From Antedon mediterranea (taxonomy: Eukaryota > Animalia > Echinodermata), in contig NC_092676.1 of the NCBI RefSeq assembly GCF_964355755.1, positions 17,626,871-17,690,870 of the forward strand: 64,000 bases of DNA, written 5' to 3'. Position 1 is the stretch's first letter. The number at the start of each line of letters is the position of its first letter. Below the pieces are notes generated by a model. The model was not told where the DNA came from, made no database searches, and saw only the letters and a list, made by a program, of their open reading frames with translations. This document shows positions 36,902 through 49,675 of this stretch, one piece after another. The position numbers and the translations under genes are program-made.

Positions 36902-38913
36902 GGGGCTCCTTCGTCTAATGGGTACAGGACATCAACAATATTGGGGCTCCTTCGTCTAATGGGTACAGGACATCAACAATATTGGGGCTCCTTCGTCTAA
37001 TGGGTACAGGACATCAACAATATTGGGGCTCCTTCGTCTAATGGGTACAGGACATCAACAATATTGGGGCTCCTTCGTCTAATGGGTACAGGACATCAAC
37101 AATATTGGGGCTCCTTCGTCTAATGGGTACAGGACATCAACAATATTGGGGCTCCTTCGTCTAATGGGTACAGGACATCAACAATATTGGGGCTCCTTCG
37201 TCTAATGGGTACAGGACATCAACAATATTGGGGCTCCTTCGTCTAATGGGTACAGGACATCAACAATATTGGGGCTCCTTCGTCTAATGGGTACAGGACA
37301 TCAACAATATTGGGGCTCCTTCGTCTAATGGGTACAGGACATCTACAATATTGGGGCTCCTTCGTCTAATGGGTACAGGACATCAACAATATTGGGGCTC
37401 CTTTGTCTAATGGGTACAGGACATCAACAATATTGGGGCTCCTTCGTCTAATGGGTACAGGACATCAACAATATTGGGGCTCCTTCGTCTAATGGGTACA
37501 GGACATCAACAATATTGGGGCTCCTTCATCTAATGGGTACAGGACATCAACAATATTGGGGCTCCTTCGTCTAATGGGTACAGGACATCAACAATATTGG
37601 GGCTCCTTCGTCTAATGGGTACAGGACATCAACAATATTGGGGCTCCTTCGTCTAATGGGTACAGGACATCAACAATATTGGGGCTCCTTCGTCTAATGG
37701 GTACAGGACATCAACAATATTGGGGCTCCTTCGTCTAATGGGTACAGGACATCAACAATATTGGGGCTCCTTCGTCTAATGGGTACAGGACATCAACAAT
37801 ATTGGGGCTCTTTCGTCTAATGGGTACAGGACATCAACAATATTGGGGCTCCTTCGTCTAATGGGTACAGGACATCAACAATATTGGGGCTCCTTCGTCT
37901 AATGGGTACAGGACATCAACAATATTGGGGCTCCTTCGTCTAATGGGTACAGGACATCAACAATATTGGGGCTCCTTCGTCTAATGGGTACAGGACATCA
38001 ACAATATTGGGGCTCCTTCGTCTAATGGGTACAGGACATCAACAATATTGGGGCTCCTTCGTCTAATGGGTACAGGACATCAACAATATTGGGGCTCCTT
38101 CGTCTAATGGGTACAGGACATCAACAATATTGGGGCTCCTTCGTCTAATGGGTACAGGACATCAACAATATTGAGGCTCCTTCGTCTAATGGGTACAGGA
38201 CATCAACAATATTGGGGCTCCTTCGTCTAATGGGTACAGGACATCAACAATATTGGGGCTCCTTCATCTAATGGGTACAGGACATCAACAATATTGGGGC
38301 TCCTTCGTCTAATGGGTACAGGACATCAACAATATTGGGGCTCCTTCGTCTAATGGGTACAGGACATCAACAATATTGGGGCTCTTTCGTCTAATGGGTA
38401 CAGGACATCAACAATATTGGGGCTCCTTCGTCTAATGGGTACAGGACATCAACAATATTGGGGCTCCTTCGTCTAATGGGTACAGGACATCAACAATATT
38501 GGGGCTCCTTCGTCTAATGGGTACAGGACATCAACAATATTGGGGCTCCTTCGTCTAATGGGTACAGGACATCAACAATATTGGGGCTCCTTCGTCTAAT
38601 GGGTACAGGACATCAACAATATTGGGGCTCCTTCGTCTAATGGGTACAGGACATCAACAATATTGGGGCTCTTTCGTCTAATGGGTACAGGACATCAACA
38701 ATATTGGGGCTCCTTCGTCTAATGGGTACAGGACATCAACAATATTGGGGCTCCTTCGTCTAATGGGTACAGGACATCAACAATATTGGGGCTCCTTCGT
38801 CTAATGGGTACAGGACATCAACAATATTGGGGCTCCTTCGTCTAATGGGTACAGGACATCAACAATATTGGGGCTCCTTCGTCTAATGGGTACAGGACAT
38901 CAACAATATTGGG
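36902..38913. repeat. 41-bp tandem array, about 49 near-identical copies
   Basis: Unit ggggctccttcgtctaatgggtacaggacatcaacaatatt with rare single-base variants and no spacers. Confidence 0.97.
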
Positions 38914-39072
38914 AAAACTCCCCTCACAGCATTCTTTTATTAAAAGTAATAGACACAAAAACAGAACATATTAACAACAAAAGTATAGTAGCATTATGTA
39001 AAGTACAATTTAAATGTTGAGTAAAAGCTGTATACTACTACATTATTAAATGTATTACATGTTCTTTTACAG

Positions 39073-39093
39073 ATGCCAACACTATTTTTGAAG
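39073..39093 (+). CDS. Mosaic lectin gene: 21-nt micro-exon (DANTIFE)
   Basis: ttcttttacag|...gaag|gtaaga, phase 1-1. Paralog at 59613. Confidence 0.7.
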
Positions 39094-39296
39094 GTAAGAT
39101 ACATTTATGGAAGTAATTTGATGTATTTAACAATTTAAAGTAATTTCAAGCAATTCTGAACCAATGGTTATTGTGAAATAAAATATTGTATTTTTAATTA
39201 ATGTAATTGGACCAAAATTCGTTATTTATCATTGTAATACTCCTATACTTCAAATTGTAAGAAACTAACTGATAATTCAGTATTGTAAATACTTAG

Positions 39297-39416
39297 AGAT
39301 ACAGCTGCCAGGATCTGTACAAGCTTATGAAAGTTCTACTTATTTGGGCTCACCGGCCAATGCAATTGATGGCAACACAGATACTTTTTTTTTCAATGGA
39401 TCATGTACCCATACAC
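39297..39416 (+). CDS. F-type lectin domain 1, exon a
   Basis: EIQLPGSVQAYESSTYLGSPANAIDGNTDTFFFNGSCTHT (AIDGN and SCTHT motifs), 120 nt, phase 1-1. Confidence 0.9.
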
Positions 39417-39797
39417 GTAAGTAGTGATGGCTGTTGTTAGTTTGTATTAGTTTATGTTGTCTAAATGAAATGAAAGCAATAAAGAGGGATTATCAAATAT
39501 TGGTGTTCAAATATTATATACCATTTTAGCTGCCATATTTGATCCAAAAAATTAAAAACCATTATATTTCAATTCTGTTCATTCAGTGTGGTTACACTAG
39601 TAACCATTTTATTTGTCTATTTCAAACTGAATTGTAGTTCCATTTGAAGGTATTAAACATTTTTAACAAATTCCTTATTAGAGCAGATAAGGTAAACATA
39701 TTTTTACTTTGTGTTTATACTAAGCTACTACAAATCGTCACTACAATTTACTGGCATTTAAAGAATCCTATTGTGAAATATTATGGGTCTAAGTCTA

Positions 39798-40075
39798 CAA
39801 CTACTACTACTACTTGCGTTGAGCTTGCTTGGATTCTTTTAACTACATCTTTCCAGCCGTCTCTGTTCATCATTGCTCCTGGTAGCTCTTCAATTGTATG
39901 GTCGGAGCCTACTAATTGGTCAATGAATGATTTTGGGGGCCTGCCTTGTCTTCTTGCCATGTGATGGCATCCAGAGCATAAGTTCGCTTATCAGTTCACT
40001 TTTGTTGCGGAAAGAGTGTCCAACAAAGCAGACTCTTCTCTCTTTGATGACATCGGTGATCTACAACCTGCTATT
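39798..40075 (-). mobile_element. RTE/RTE-X LINE 3' end with (AGT)n tail
   Basis: Minus-strand remnants WMPSHG, GRPPKSFIDQL and AMMNRDGWKDVV, followed by agtagtagt. Confidence 0.7.
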
Positions 40076-40178
40076 CTATTTACTTTGCTCTTCTCTTTAG
40101 TCAACACTATAATATCTCTACGCTTAATTGCAGCACATGTAGTTTATAACTTTAATATGATAATTATTATTTCAAAAG

Positions 40179-40280
40179 CTAATAAAGCTAATCAATGGTG
40201 GTATGTTGACCTTGAGACACCGACAGCTATTGCAAAAGTTGTAATATTTAACAGAGTTGGAAGTTGTGTCCCCAGTTGTG
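40179..40280 (+). CDS. F-type lectin domain 1, exon b
   Basis: PNKANQWWYVDLETPTAIAKVVIFNRVGSCVPSC, 102 nt, phase 1-1. Confidence 0.88.
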
Positions 40281-41115
40281 GTAAGTACATAAACAACAGT
40301 TTATACAACATATTGCACTATTGAAATTATATACAGTATTATTTTACTAGGATAAGGAGTACTAGAGACAATTTATAACAACACTACACTTTTAATAGTA
40401 CTAATCCCATCTCAGACAATCATCTTGCATATCAGAAAGCACTTTCCATTATGAGTGTGAAGTCTAGTTCTACCAGTATACTTATTTATAGATGCATCTA
40501 TATATAAATTGACGTAAGGGCAAAATTTGGTAAATCACGCGTTACTTCTAGAATGTAATGGTATATAAAGTTGGTTCGTACTTTCGGTACTGATTTTAAC
40601 CACCTGATGTAACCCTGTTTACTAATTAAATTTAGTTAGATAATTAGTTATTGACAATTAAAACGAATTTAGGTTCAACGATTTGCCCCAAATAGGGGTG
40701 TTTTTCGATCGTGGTATACACTGATATCTATCTTGAAAAATACCCGCACACAATAAAACGAGGATGGTTCGCATTTTCCTATCTCCTCCTACGATAATTG
40801 TTTTTAATGGCTGAAAACACCGGTTGAACAGCTCGAGTACAGCATCATAATGTTGAAGACAGACCGATTTTCTTTAAAAAATACTATTTTGATAGATTTA
40901 ATATACGTTTATACAAATGTATTGATTTCCGATGAATGGAACATTCCAATATTACTCTTTCGTTTAACACAAGTACCACCAGCTGTAGGTAAATTTATTT
41001 GCACTTGGGGAATTAACCTAAAACCTATATAAATATAGTATTGCAATGTACTTGGGCATAAATACGTATTAACCATTTTTGGTCGCCATTTGAATTTACT
41101 GTGAGTGTGGGTACT

Positions 41116-42177
41116 CAGGCCCGTAGCCAGGGGGGGTTTTTATGGTTCGTGCGAACCCCCCCCCCCTTTACAGCAAACCCCCCTTAACCGACTGCGAACT
41201 CCCATCCCCGACATGCCCAATACCTCACCCTCATCCCCGAAAATCGTCCAAATACGTGCCCCACAGTACAGAAAGTTGTTCGTAAATTAAAAAATTTGTA
41301 AACTCGTTTGGAATAACTCATACAGTACTTTCTTCCCTGTATGAGCGTACTTCGAGCGATATAGTCTGTAAATTTCTAAGAGTTGCAAATGAATTGCCGA
41401 TTTCAACCTGAAAAATAAATGTTTGGTCCCTGCATGTAACATGATATTGACGCGTCTCACAGCGAGCTGGGGGACGAACGATTCGTACAAAGGACACCGC
41501 CAGACAACTGCGTACCAATTGTTTAGATCACTGGCAGTCAGGCAGCATGCATAGCCTTCCGACATACATCAGTATTTATGTGTGGCTATGAAGTATAATG
41601 TATCATAGAGGATTATAGTGAATATTAATATTTTACACTATAATATCTATGGTATCATGTACTGTAGTTCACATTATGGCATCCGATTATTTTTTTCTAG
41701 ACCACCAGCCGATACGTACTCAAATGTATCAATATCACCTATTTACATTGGCATATTTAATTTCCTCAACAAATTGCTGTAAATAAATATTATAGATAGA
41801 GCTATAATAAGAATTGCATTTGCCTTCACCCAGTGTGCTTTTTTCGGGGCTTCTCCTAGACGTACGTTCGCATTGAACTTGAACGCAAAACAAAATATCG
41901 AGTAAATGATCAAACAATCGGCGGTTCCGCACAGAGCACGCGCATCTAACATACGGCAACAAATGTTATCGTTTAAATAGTCCACGAGTCCAAGTACGAT
42001 CGTTTTGCTCATTGGTAGCATGCTGCATGAGAGTGTCTTTTCCGGCCACATCTAGGGGTGTCATTTAACAAATTTTGCTTCGCCTCAGGCCCCACCCCAG
42101 GGGGGGGGGTAGGTATGGGGGTGGGGGTGACACTTAGTGTGCGAACCCCCCCTTGACAGATCCTGGCTACGGCCCTG
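41116..42177. mobile_element. Non-autonomous TIR transposon with 5-bp TSD (hAT5-like)
   Basis: TIRs caggcccgtagccagg / cctggctacggccctg with GTACT duplicated. The empty site is visible in the paralogous segment near 33115. Confidence 0.8.
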
Positions 42178-42746
42178 GTACTGTTAGATATAATTATAAA
42201 CATATGTAAATTTATATATAAATATATATAAATGCGCAATATACAAATAAACTTTATTTACTATACTGACAGTTGCTTCTCAACATTTGTATTAATTAAT
42301 AAATACACAAAATATAAACGTTGTACTATTTTGGTGTATCGTTACATGTACTATGCTATTTCAATCGACTATGACAGTGACAGTTTTAACAAACTATTAA
42401 AATCGCAAATGTGTTACTGTATCAAGTGGTATATTATTGATAGGCCTATAAAACATGAAAAACATATTTCGTAACTGAGTGGATAAAGAATATATTTAAA
42501 AATTGTTCTTCTTTGCACCCATATCCTCCTCCCCATCCCTCAACCCTAATCTTACACACAAAACACAAATTGGGTTTGTTTAAATGAGTCCGAATAAAAA
42601 ATGTGGACTCAATTTGTGACAAGTTTCTCCGATTCCGGAAGTAATTCCCAGGGTGCTAATTTTAGTTGACTACATAAATCAATATATTAAGTAGCAATCA
42701 TTTTGGATATGCAAGCTGTAAAAATACTTTGTTATGCCAATTTGTG

Positions 42747-44425
42747 GTTCTAGGACACCTACCCCCTAGACAGTTACCCCCCGGATGTTTACCACCCGGA
42801 CAACTACCCCCTTAGGACAACTACCCCCTTAGGACAACTACCCCCCGGACAACTACCCCCTTAGGACAACTACCCCCTTAGGACAACTACCCCCTTAGGA
42901 TAACAACCCCCCGGACAAATACCCCCCGGACAACCACCCCCTTAGGACAACTACCCCCTTAGGATAACTACCCCCCGGTCAACTACCCCCCGGTCAACTA
43001 CCCCCCGGTCAACTACCCCCCTCCCCCAATCCAAAAGTAGACAAATATATAGGACCGGTTTCTGTAAAAATGAAATCATCTGTTTTTAACGGGTGTTTCG
43101 AAACTAGAGACCCGAGACCAGAGACCTGACACGAGACCCAATACAAAAAGGGAGACCTATATTTGGGTCTCTCTTTTCGTATATTAGGGTCTCCCTTTTC
43201 GTATAGTGTGGTCTCTCTTTTCGTATAGTGGGGTCTCCCTTTTCTTATAGTGGGTCTCCCTTTTCGTATATTTAGGTCTCCCATTTCGTATATTTGGGTC
43301 TCCCTTTTCGTATATTTGGTCTCCCTTTTCGTATATTTAGGTCTCCCTTTTCGTATATTATGGTCTCCCTTTTCGTATAGTGGGGTCTCCCTTTTCGTAT
43401 AGTGGGGTCTCCCTTTTCGTACGTGGGTCTCCCTTTTCGTATATTTAGGTCTCCCTTTTCGTATTGGGTCTCGGGTCTCTGGTCTCTGGTCTCGGGTCTC
43501 TAGTTTCGAAACACCCGTTTTTAACCGATTATTCTGTTTAACAGCACGCTAGACCCTAGATGTGCTAGATTTAAAGTACCGTATTTATTGAAAAAACGGC
43601 CTGGGCTGTTTATTGTTTAGGTGGTTTTTAGATGGACATTTATTGGAAGAAAGTTGTTTATTCAATGGGAGGGGGTATAATCTAATGGAAATAGACGCCG
43701 ATTATTCCATATGATGTTTCATGGGAGTGACATGGTCACCGTTTATTTGAGGGGAATTTATTTAAAGATCGACGTTTATTCGGTGAGTGAACATTGAGGT
43801 CAAATATCAAAAGTGATATTATTCTTCAAGTGTACAAAAATACATATATGACAAATTTGAGACAAAAATTAAGTGGTTATCGAAGCATTGTCCTGACGCA
43901 AAAATTATTATTATTATTAGCGAACCCAGTCTTTACAGTAAATACATGGAGTACTATATAATACGTTCGACTATCCTATGATCATGTGTGACAATCTTCA
44001 GTTTATACCACCAGGCTATATTTATGTTCAATCTTTTACTTTTGTTTACAATAATGAATAGTAATTCGTCAAAGTAACGAATTAAAATATAGCTATTAAT
44101 TAATAGTTGCAGAGTCAGGTTGTTGAATGGTCTGGGTGGTTAGGGTGTTCTAAAGGGATAGTTTTCTGGGTGGTAATTGTCCGGGGGGTAATTGTTCCTA
44201 GGGGGTAATTGTCCGGGGGGTAGTTGTCCAGGGGGTAGTTGTCCTAAGGGGGTTTTTGTCCTAAGGGGGTAGTTGTCCGGGGGGTATTTGTCCGGGGGGT
44301 AGTTGTCCTAAAGGGGTAGTTGTCCTAAAGGGGTAGTTGTCCTAAGGGGGTAGTGGTCCAGGTGGTGGTTGTCCGGGGGGTAGTTGTCCGGGGGGTAAAT
44401 GTCCAGGGGGTGAATATCCGGATAC
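42747..44425. mobile_element. Foldback/MULE-like element with inverted arrays of (ggacaactaccccc)n
   Basis: C-rich array 42755-43020 mirrored by G-rich array 44155-44420; flanking direct repeat gccaatttgtg. Confidence 0.78.
43091..43516. mobile_element. MULE-like MITE nested in the foldback element
   Basis: TIR gggtgtttcgaaactagagacccgagaccagagacc, perfect 9-bp TSD gtttttaac, internal tandem repeats of ggtctcccttttcgtat. Confidence 0.88.
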
Positions 44426-44847
44426 GCCAATTTGTGTGTGTATGTAGAGCATTTATCCTGCCAGCATGAAGCTTAAAGCATATGTCTACGCTAGCTAACC
44501 TTAGTAAGAAAGCTCCAAGTTTGGCAAGACAAGTTTTTTAGATAGTGTAGACCAGTTTTCAACCAACATATTGGTCAGTTGCAGAAAACTAGTTTGCAAA
44601 AAGCAGGCCACGTTCTTGACAACTAGTTTGCTAATGTTTAAGAAACCTGCTAATAGTCTTATCTTACTTATCTTAGTTATGGGGTTCTACTAACTAAGAG
44701 AGTTTGGTAAAGTTGCTACTTTACCAAACTATTTCAGTGGTGGTGGTAATAGAGGAATTTAGAAAGTGGGGACATTAAACTAAAATAGCCTTATTTTTGT
44801 GACCTATTTTTTGTTGACTATTTTACATGTCTTTTATTTCTATTTAG

Positions 44848-45057
44848 AAAGCAGATTGGTAGGAGCTAAAGTTCGTATTGGTAATAACAATATATCACCT
44901 TTTGATGGAAATACACAATGTGGAAATACTGTCTCGTCGTCTATGGTGTTAACAAATCCTATAGAATTCATTTGTAATGAAATTGTAATTGGTCAATATG
45001 TAAGCGTTTATCATGAACAGGGTTTCGTCACTCTTTGTGAAGTGAAAATCTACAGAG
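44848..45057 (+). CDS. F-type lectin domain 1, exon c
   Basis: ESRLVGAKVRIGNN..NTQCG..IEFIC..IGQYVSV..VTLCEVKIYR, 210 nt, phase 1-1. Confidence 0.92.
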
Positions 45058-46029
45058 GTAAGACCATTCAAATTATTAGGGAGAAGAAGAAGGGAGACCA
45101 ATTGTATTATACTGTTCTACTAATTTTTTTCTTGTTTTCGTACCTAGTTTAGTCTAAAATTTGTCAAAGAAAGTTTTTTAAATATTAAATATTTTAATGT
45201 TAGCCCGCTGATCGTTATCACACAACATAAATGTCCACTTAATCTAAACGTTCATATCTATCATATGACGAGTAGGCCCCTAATAAATGACTGACACGTG
45301 TGGCTCAAATTTAAAAGTCCCTATTGTCCTTTAGTACCAATCATTGATAATTTAGTGTTCTGCAATGCAATAGCCATACCATTCTAAAAATATCCAGAAA
45401 AAAAACTATACTACAAACAAAATTGCTAATGTTTTTTTCATCTTATTCTACGTAAGACCCTATTCTCTCTCCTCGAAATTTTTATATTTGAAAACCTACA
45501 TGCCCTGTGGCCCCTGTTGGATCCTGGCAAATCATTATGCCATAAACTTTATTATTTCTTCACACAAAAAAAGCAGACAAAAGTAGTTTACCTAATTTAT
45601 AATTATGTTCCAAATAAACATCATTATTAGCAATTTTTTTCATTAATCTTTTTCTAATTGAGAGTATTATATTATTATTATTAGTATTATAGTAAGTTTA
45701 TAGAACAGGAGGCATGCTTTCATTTTTGTTTCAATCAATAAATGTACATGCTCTCTAATCCTTGAATTTAAAACTGGATGACAGCTTTTAAAAGTATCAT
45801 GGTTTCAAGTGCTTCATAACTACAGTATCACTCAGTTTGATAACATTTTTATTTTACCAATCATTGGTTAGATGGATTTCTATTTTGCAAAGCATTAAAG
45901 CATATCAAACCGACAATACTTACACCACCTATTCTACAAACTGAAGTGCTATGGTTCCTCTCTGCTGTTCTACTTACAAATTTGTGTGAAATAAAAAGTT
46001 AACTCAATATTTTCTTTTTATTTCTCTAG

Positions 46030-46092
46030 TGCAAAGCACTACTTTAGAACCAACAACACCAACCATGGTACAAACCACTGCTTTTCCAATTG
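46030..46092 (+). CDS. Thr/Pro linker exon (VQSTTLEPTTPTMVQTTAFPI)
   Basis: 63 nt, phase 1-1, canonical splice sites. Confidence 0.8.
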
Positions 46093-46419
46093 GTAAGCTG
46101 TATTTATTTAATTAAGTTATTTTACCTCCGTCCGCCTTAGCTTTCAAGTGAGTTTAGCAGTCACCTAAATATTCTGAACATTCTATTTAACTCCTTCTGA
46201 AAAAATAATGTTTAATGAATGTAAGTATGTTAAAACCTAAACTGATTACATCTGTAGTTTACGTATTTTTAGTTATTTATTTGAATTTTGAACACAGAGA
46301 CCAAAGGAAAACCAGTCTTTTGGGGTTCTATACTAAACACCACATGACAAACAATACATAATAGTACCACGTGCATCTAGACCATAATGTCTGTTAGTAC
46401 TTCCATTAATAAAATAAAA

Positions 46420-46545
46420 CTAGGCCTATGGTTTATAGTCCTTATCCGAGAAGACTCCATGGGGCAAGTGAGCGCCTCAAACCCTTGCCGTTGTTATGGC
46501 TACGTAATTACGGTTCCACTGTCTTAACCGCTCGGCCACTCACTC
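46420..46545 (-). mobile_element. tRNA-derived SINE fragment
   Basis: Minus strand gagtggccgagcggttaagacagtg ... tcttctcggataaggactataaaccatagg; same family as 49490. Confidence 0.65.
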
Positions 46546-46726
46546 ACTATGAATTGCTAAAACCTGTGAAGGCTGCCATACGTCCTTTATTAAACACAGT
46601 CTCCTCTAGCTTAGGTGCAAGCGCCTGTGTTGTGGCATGTTTCCATGTACCCTGCAGGATGATCTTTGACAGATCTTCATGTCCAGTTCAGTTTTCTTCA
46701 TTTCACTATGCTCAGAAGGTCTTGAT

Positions 46727-47097
46727 GAATAAATGTGACTGAAGCAAAACATAAATGTGGATTGTCTAATGGAAATGCTAGTCTCACAACAGTTGAGGCG
46801 GTTGAATTTGTATCTCAATATCTTGACAATAACTGTCCAAACAAATCCACCTAGTGGTAAGCGATATCTAATTGGGTTATCTCCTGAAGCTGGATTAGAA
46901 AGATCAGATGACCAGAACTGGAAGTGGGAAACAGGAGAAGCAGTAGATTCATCTGTGATAGCATGTGGTCCATCAAATCAACCTGGTGAAGGTGCCAACT
47001 ATGATGTTTTTGTTCGATTGAAGCCATCAAATAGACTAATTTATGCAAAAGAACCCATGAAATGATTTAGGATAGAACTTCAAAAGATTTCTTTGTG
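46727..47097 (+). pseudogene. C-type lectin domain exon 2, degenerate
   Basis: Aligns with 34067-34437. The 5' part and acceptor are lost, there is a +1 frameshift near 46843, a TGA at 47063 and no donor. Confidence 0.85.
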
Positions 47098-47792
47098 TTT
47101 CCAGATTTCGATATGGTCTAGGTCAATCAATTATCTTTCGCATGATTACGATTTTTAAAGAATAGCTTGGGTCACTTATTTTCATCATTCCAGTAAATTT
47201 CAATATGTTACAGCTCCTCAGAATAAAACGTTTCTTGGAAGCTGTTCAATTGTAGATATGAATTCATGTACAAATTTTTAGTATCGGATGTTGTGACGCC
47301 ATCATATTGCCAGTTGAATTATAAAAGTCGTATTTTCATATTTTGTTCATGGCATCCATTTTCTATGTATCCAAATTTCTTCAACACGTTAATATGTTGT
47401 TCAGATAATTCCCTTTCAAAATTGCTATAGCGTGTTTCATTTTGATGACATTATCATGTTAAAAATTGGAATAAAAGGCGAGTCCCGTTATTTTCACCTA
47501 TTCTGCACTGTATGTAGTACAGTGTATAGTGTAAAACTGTATACTGTATATACTTAGACACAAAATAAAAAGCACATTATGTTCTTCAGGTCACAATGGC
47601 ATAATCAAAATTTCTATAATCATAAATGTATGACGTGCATGTGGCGTTTTTGCAGCGGATAACTTAACTTAACTCGTCCATAGTGACGAGTTCAAGTTAA
47701 ATTTAATTTTTTTGTTAATTATACTATTTTTTATTATTTAATCTATTGAAGTTGAAATTAACATTTGGAATATGTTATTTACTATTTTCTAG

Positions 47793-47864
47793 CACAAAGC
47801 ACTGTTTTGGAACCAATAACACCAATACCTACAACCATGGCACAAAACACTGATTTTACTGTTG
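47793..47864 (+). CDS. Thr/Pro linker exon (QSTVLEPITPIPTTMAQNTDFTV)
   Basis: 72 nt, phase 1-1, canonical splice sites. Confidence 0.78.
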
Positions 47865-48279
47865 GTAAGCTGTTTCTATTTATACACTGCCAAAGAAAGG
47901 TACTAACAACAACAAAGTTTTAAACAAAATGTTAAGACAAGTTGAAGTTTCCATGCAAACATATTGTAATTCACATAGACATTGTAATATTATGATTCAG
48001 GGACGATTCGGCCCTGAGACGATTCGGACCGGGACTATTCGGCCCACTTTTGGTGGACAAGACAAGACAAGTTGAAGTTTCCATGCAAACATATTGTAAT
48101 TCACATACAGTAGACATTGTAATATTATGAGTGCATGAAATAATGTTTGTTCTTTGTTTGGAAATTTTAATTTTGGTGAAATTGCCTTACATTGTAGATG
48201 TAATGGTTGAATAACCTTATACAATGTCAACCCAGAAATATATGTCATCAATATGTTAACCCACAATAACAAAACAGAA

Positions 48280-48767
48280 ACTAGAAAGCCACTCAGAGAG
48301 TGCATACCTCCGCCTACTGTTCACCGGAAAGTGTGTGTCTTAATGCTGTGTGTGATTTAGGCTAATTTCACTACAAGCATGTGTATGCAAGTTTGGTGTA
48401 AAGGTTATGTAACCCGCCTTTCAACTAACAATAGAACAGAAACGCGAAAAACAAACAAGTGAATTTGAAAAGAAATAGTTGTTTTTAAACTAGTTGAGAA
48501 AATACAATTTTAGTTTACTTGTTACTTTAAGACTGCTCACCGGCTTTTGAAATTTCTGTCCTATCTTTTAACACTAGCAAGTCTGAAAATAATTTTTCAA
48601 AAAGTGGTCCAGAATTGGGACCGTGGTCCGGATTTAATGTAGTGGTCCTTGACCAGATATTAATCTGTATTTTCATTTTGGGAAAGATCTTGTAATTACT
48701 TTTTGAGTAATCCTGCTAACAAACAAACACACACAAACGATTACATATAGCTCCTTGGCAGAGGTAA
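48280..48767 (-). mobile_element. Shorter copy of the HINE-like element at 27031
   Basis: Same termini: actagaaagccactc...ctccttggcagaggtaa. Confidence 0.75.
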
Positions 48768-48948
48768 ATAATAGCAACAATTGTATCGGCAATACAAACT
48801 TTTAACCTATTTTACCACATTTTACAAATTAATACAGTAGTGGGCAGTATAATACATTTAAAATAGATAGAAATTATTATATTTTATTTGCTGAATGGTT
48901 GCATTTAGATATTTTATTTGAAAAAACTTGCAGTACAAAAAACTCTAG

Positions 48949-49002
48949 CACAAAGCACAACAGAACCTACAACTATGGCACAAACCAGCACATTTTCAAA
49001 TG
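48949..49002 (+). pseudogene. Degenerate linker exon (donor lost)
   Basis: ctag|cacaaagcac..cctacaactatggcacaaacc resembles the linker exons but ends ggaaagctg instead of g|gtaagctg. Confidence 0.6.
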
Positions 49003-49336
49003 GAAAGCTGTTTATATATGTTTTTTTTCCCCTCGCCTTTCCTTAATCAAACATAATCATGACATAAAAAACAGTAGGCCTACATATGAACAACAAAAGT
49101 AACCTCTATATAGCAAGAAATACAAAGTTTGTACATTACCACTGTTTTCAGCATAGGCATAAACTTCCATGATAGAACATTCAATGCACAAACTACTAAA
49201 GGTAGTATGTGTATATTGTTTTCTCTTTTTATAAAACATACAAGGAAGGCCTGGTTTAATGTTTTTAAATTAATATATATCCATAATTTAATAAATCAAC
49301 AACTACAGAGATAGTGTCTTTAACTATACTTTATAG

Positions 49337-49459
49337 AGATTCAGATGGCAGACTCAGTACAAGCGTTTCAAAGTTCCACATACTCAAATGGATCGCCAAA
49401 TAAAGCTATTGATGGCAACACAAACACCAATTATAACCAAGGATCATGTTCCCATACAG
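49337..49459 (+). CDS. F-type lectin domain 2, exon a
   Basis: EIQMADSVQAFQSSTYSNGSPNKAIDGNTNTNYNQGSCSHT, 123 nt, phase 1-1. Confidence 0.9.
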
Positions 49460-49489
49460 GTTAGTAAGAGTAACCGTTGATCATAGTTG

Positions 49490-49675
49490 TGAGTAAGTGA
49501 CCGAGCGGTTAAGACAGTGAACATTAATCCGTAGGTTTGAGGCTTGCTCCATGGTTCTGGTGGTAGAACAAGTCTTCTCGGATAAGTATTATAATCCATA
49601 GGCCCAGTGTTTACACATTGCTCGTGTTCATTTTAAAGAACCTAGTACATCTTTCAAGACGAGTAGGAGGTACGT
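49490..49675 (+). mobile_element. tRNA-derived SINE
   Basis: Head gtgaccgagcggttaagacagtg, core tcttctcggataag..ccataggccc..ttaaagaacc. Confidence 0.65.

Noticed and set aside
36902-38913. CRISPR array
   Set aside because: Units are contiguous and near-identical with no unique spacers, there are no cas genes, and the context is a eukaryotic intron.
36902-38913. Tandem hammerhead ribozymes (minus strand ttgat-gtc...gac-gaag) or functional tRNA genes
   Set aside because: The core deviates from CUGAUGA/GAAA and stems I and III are not evident. The 41-nt unit lacks anticodon and T arms.
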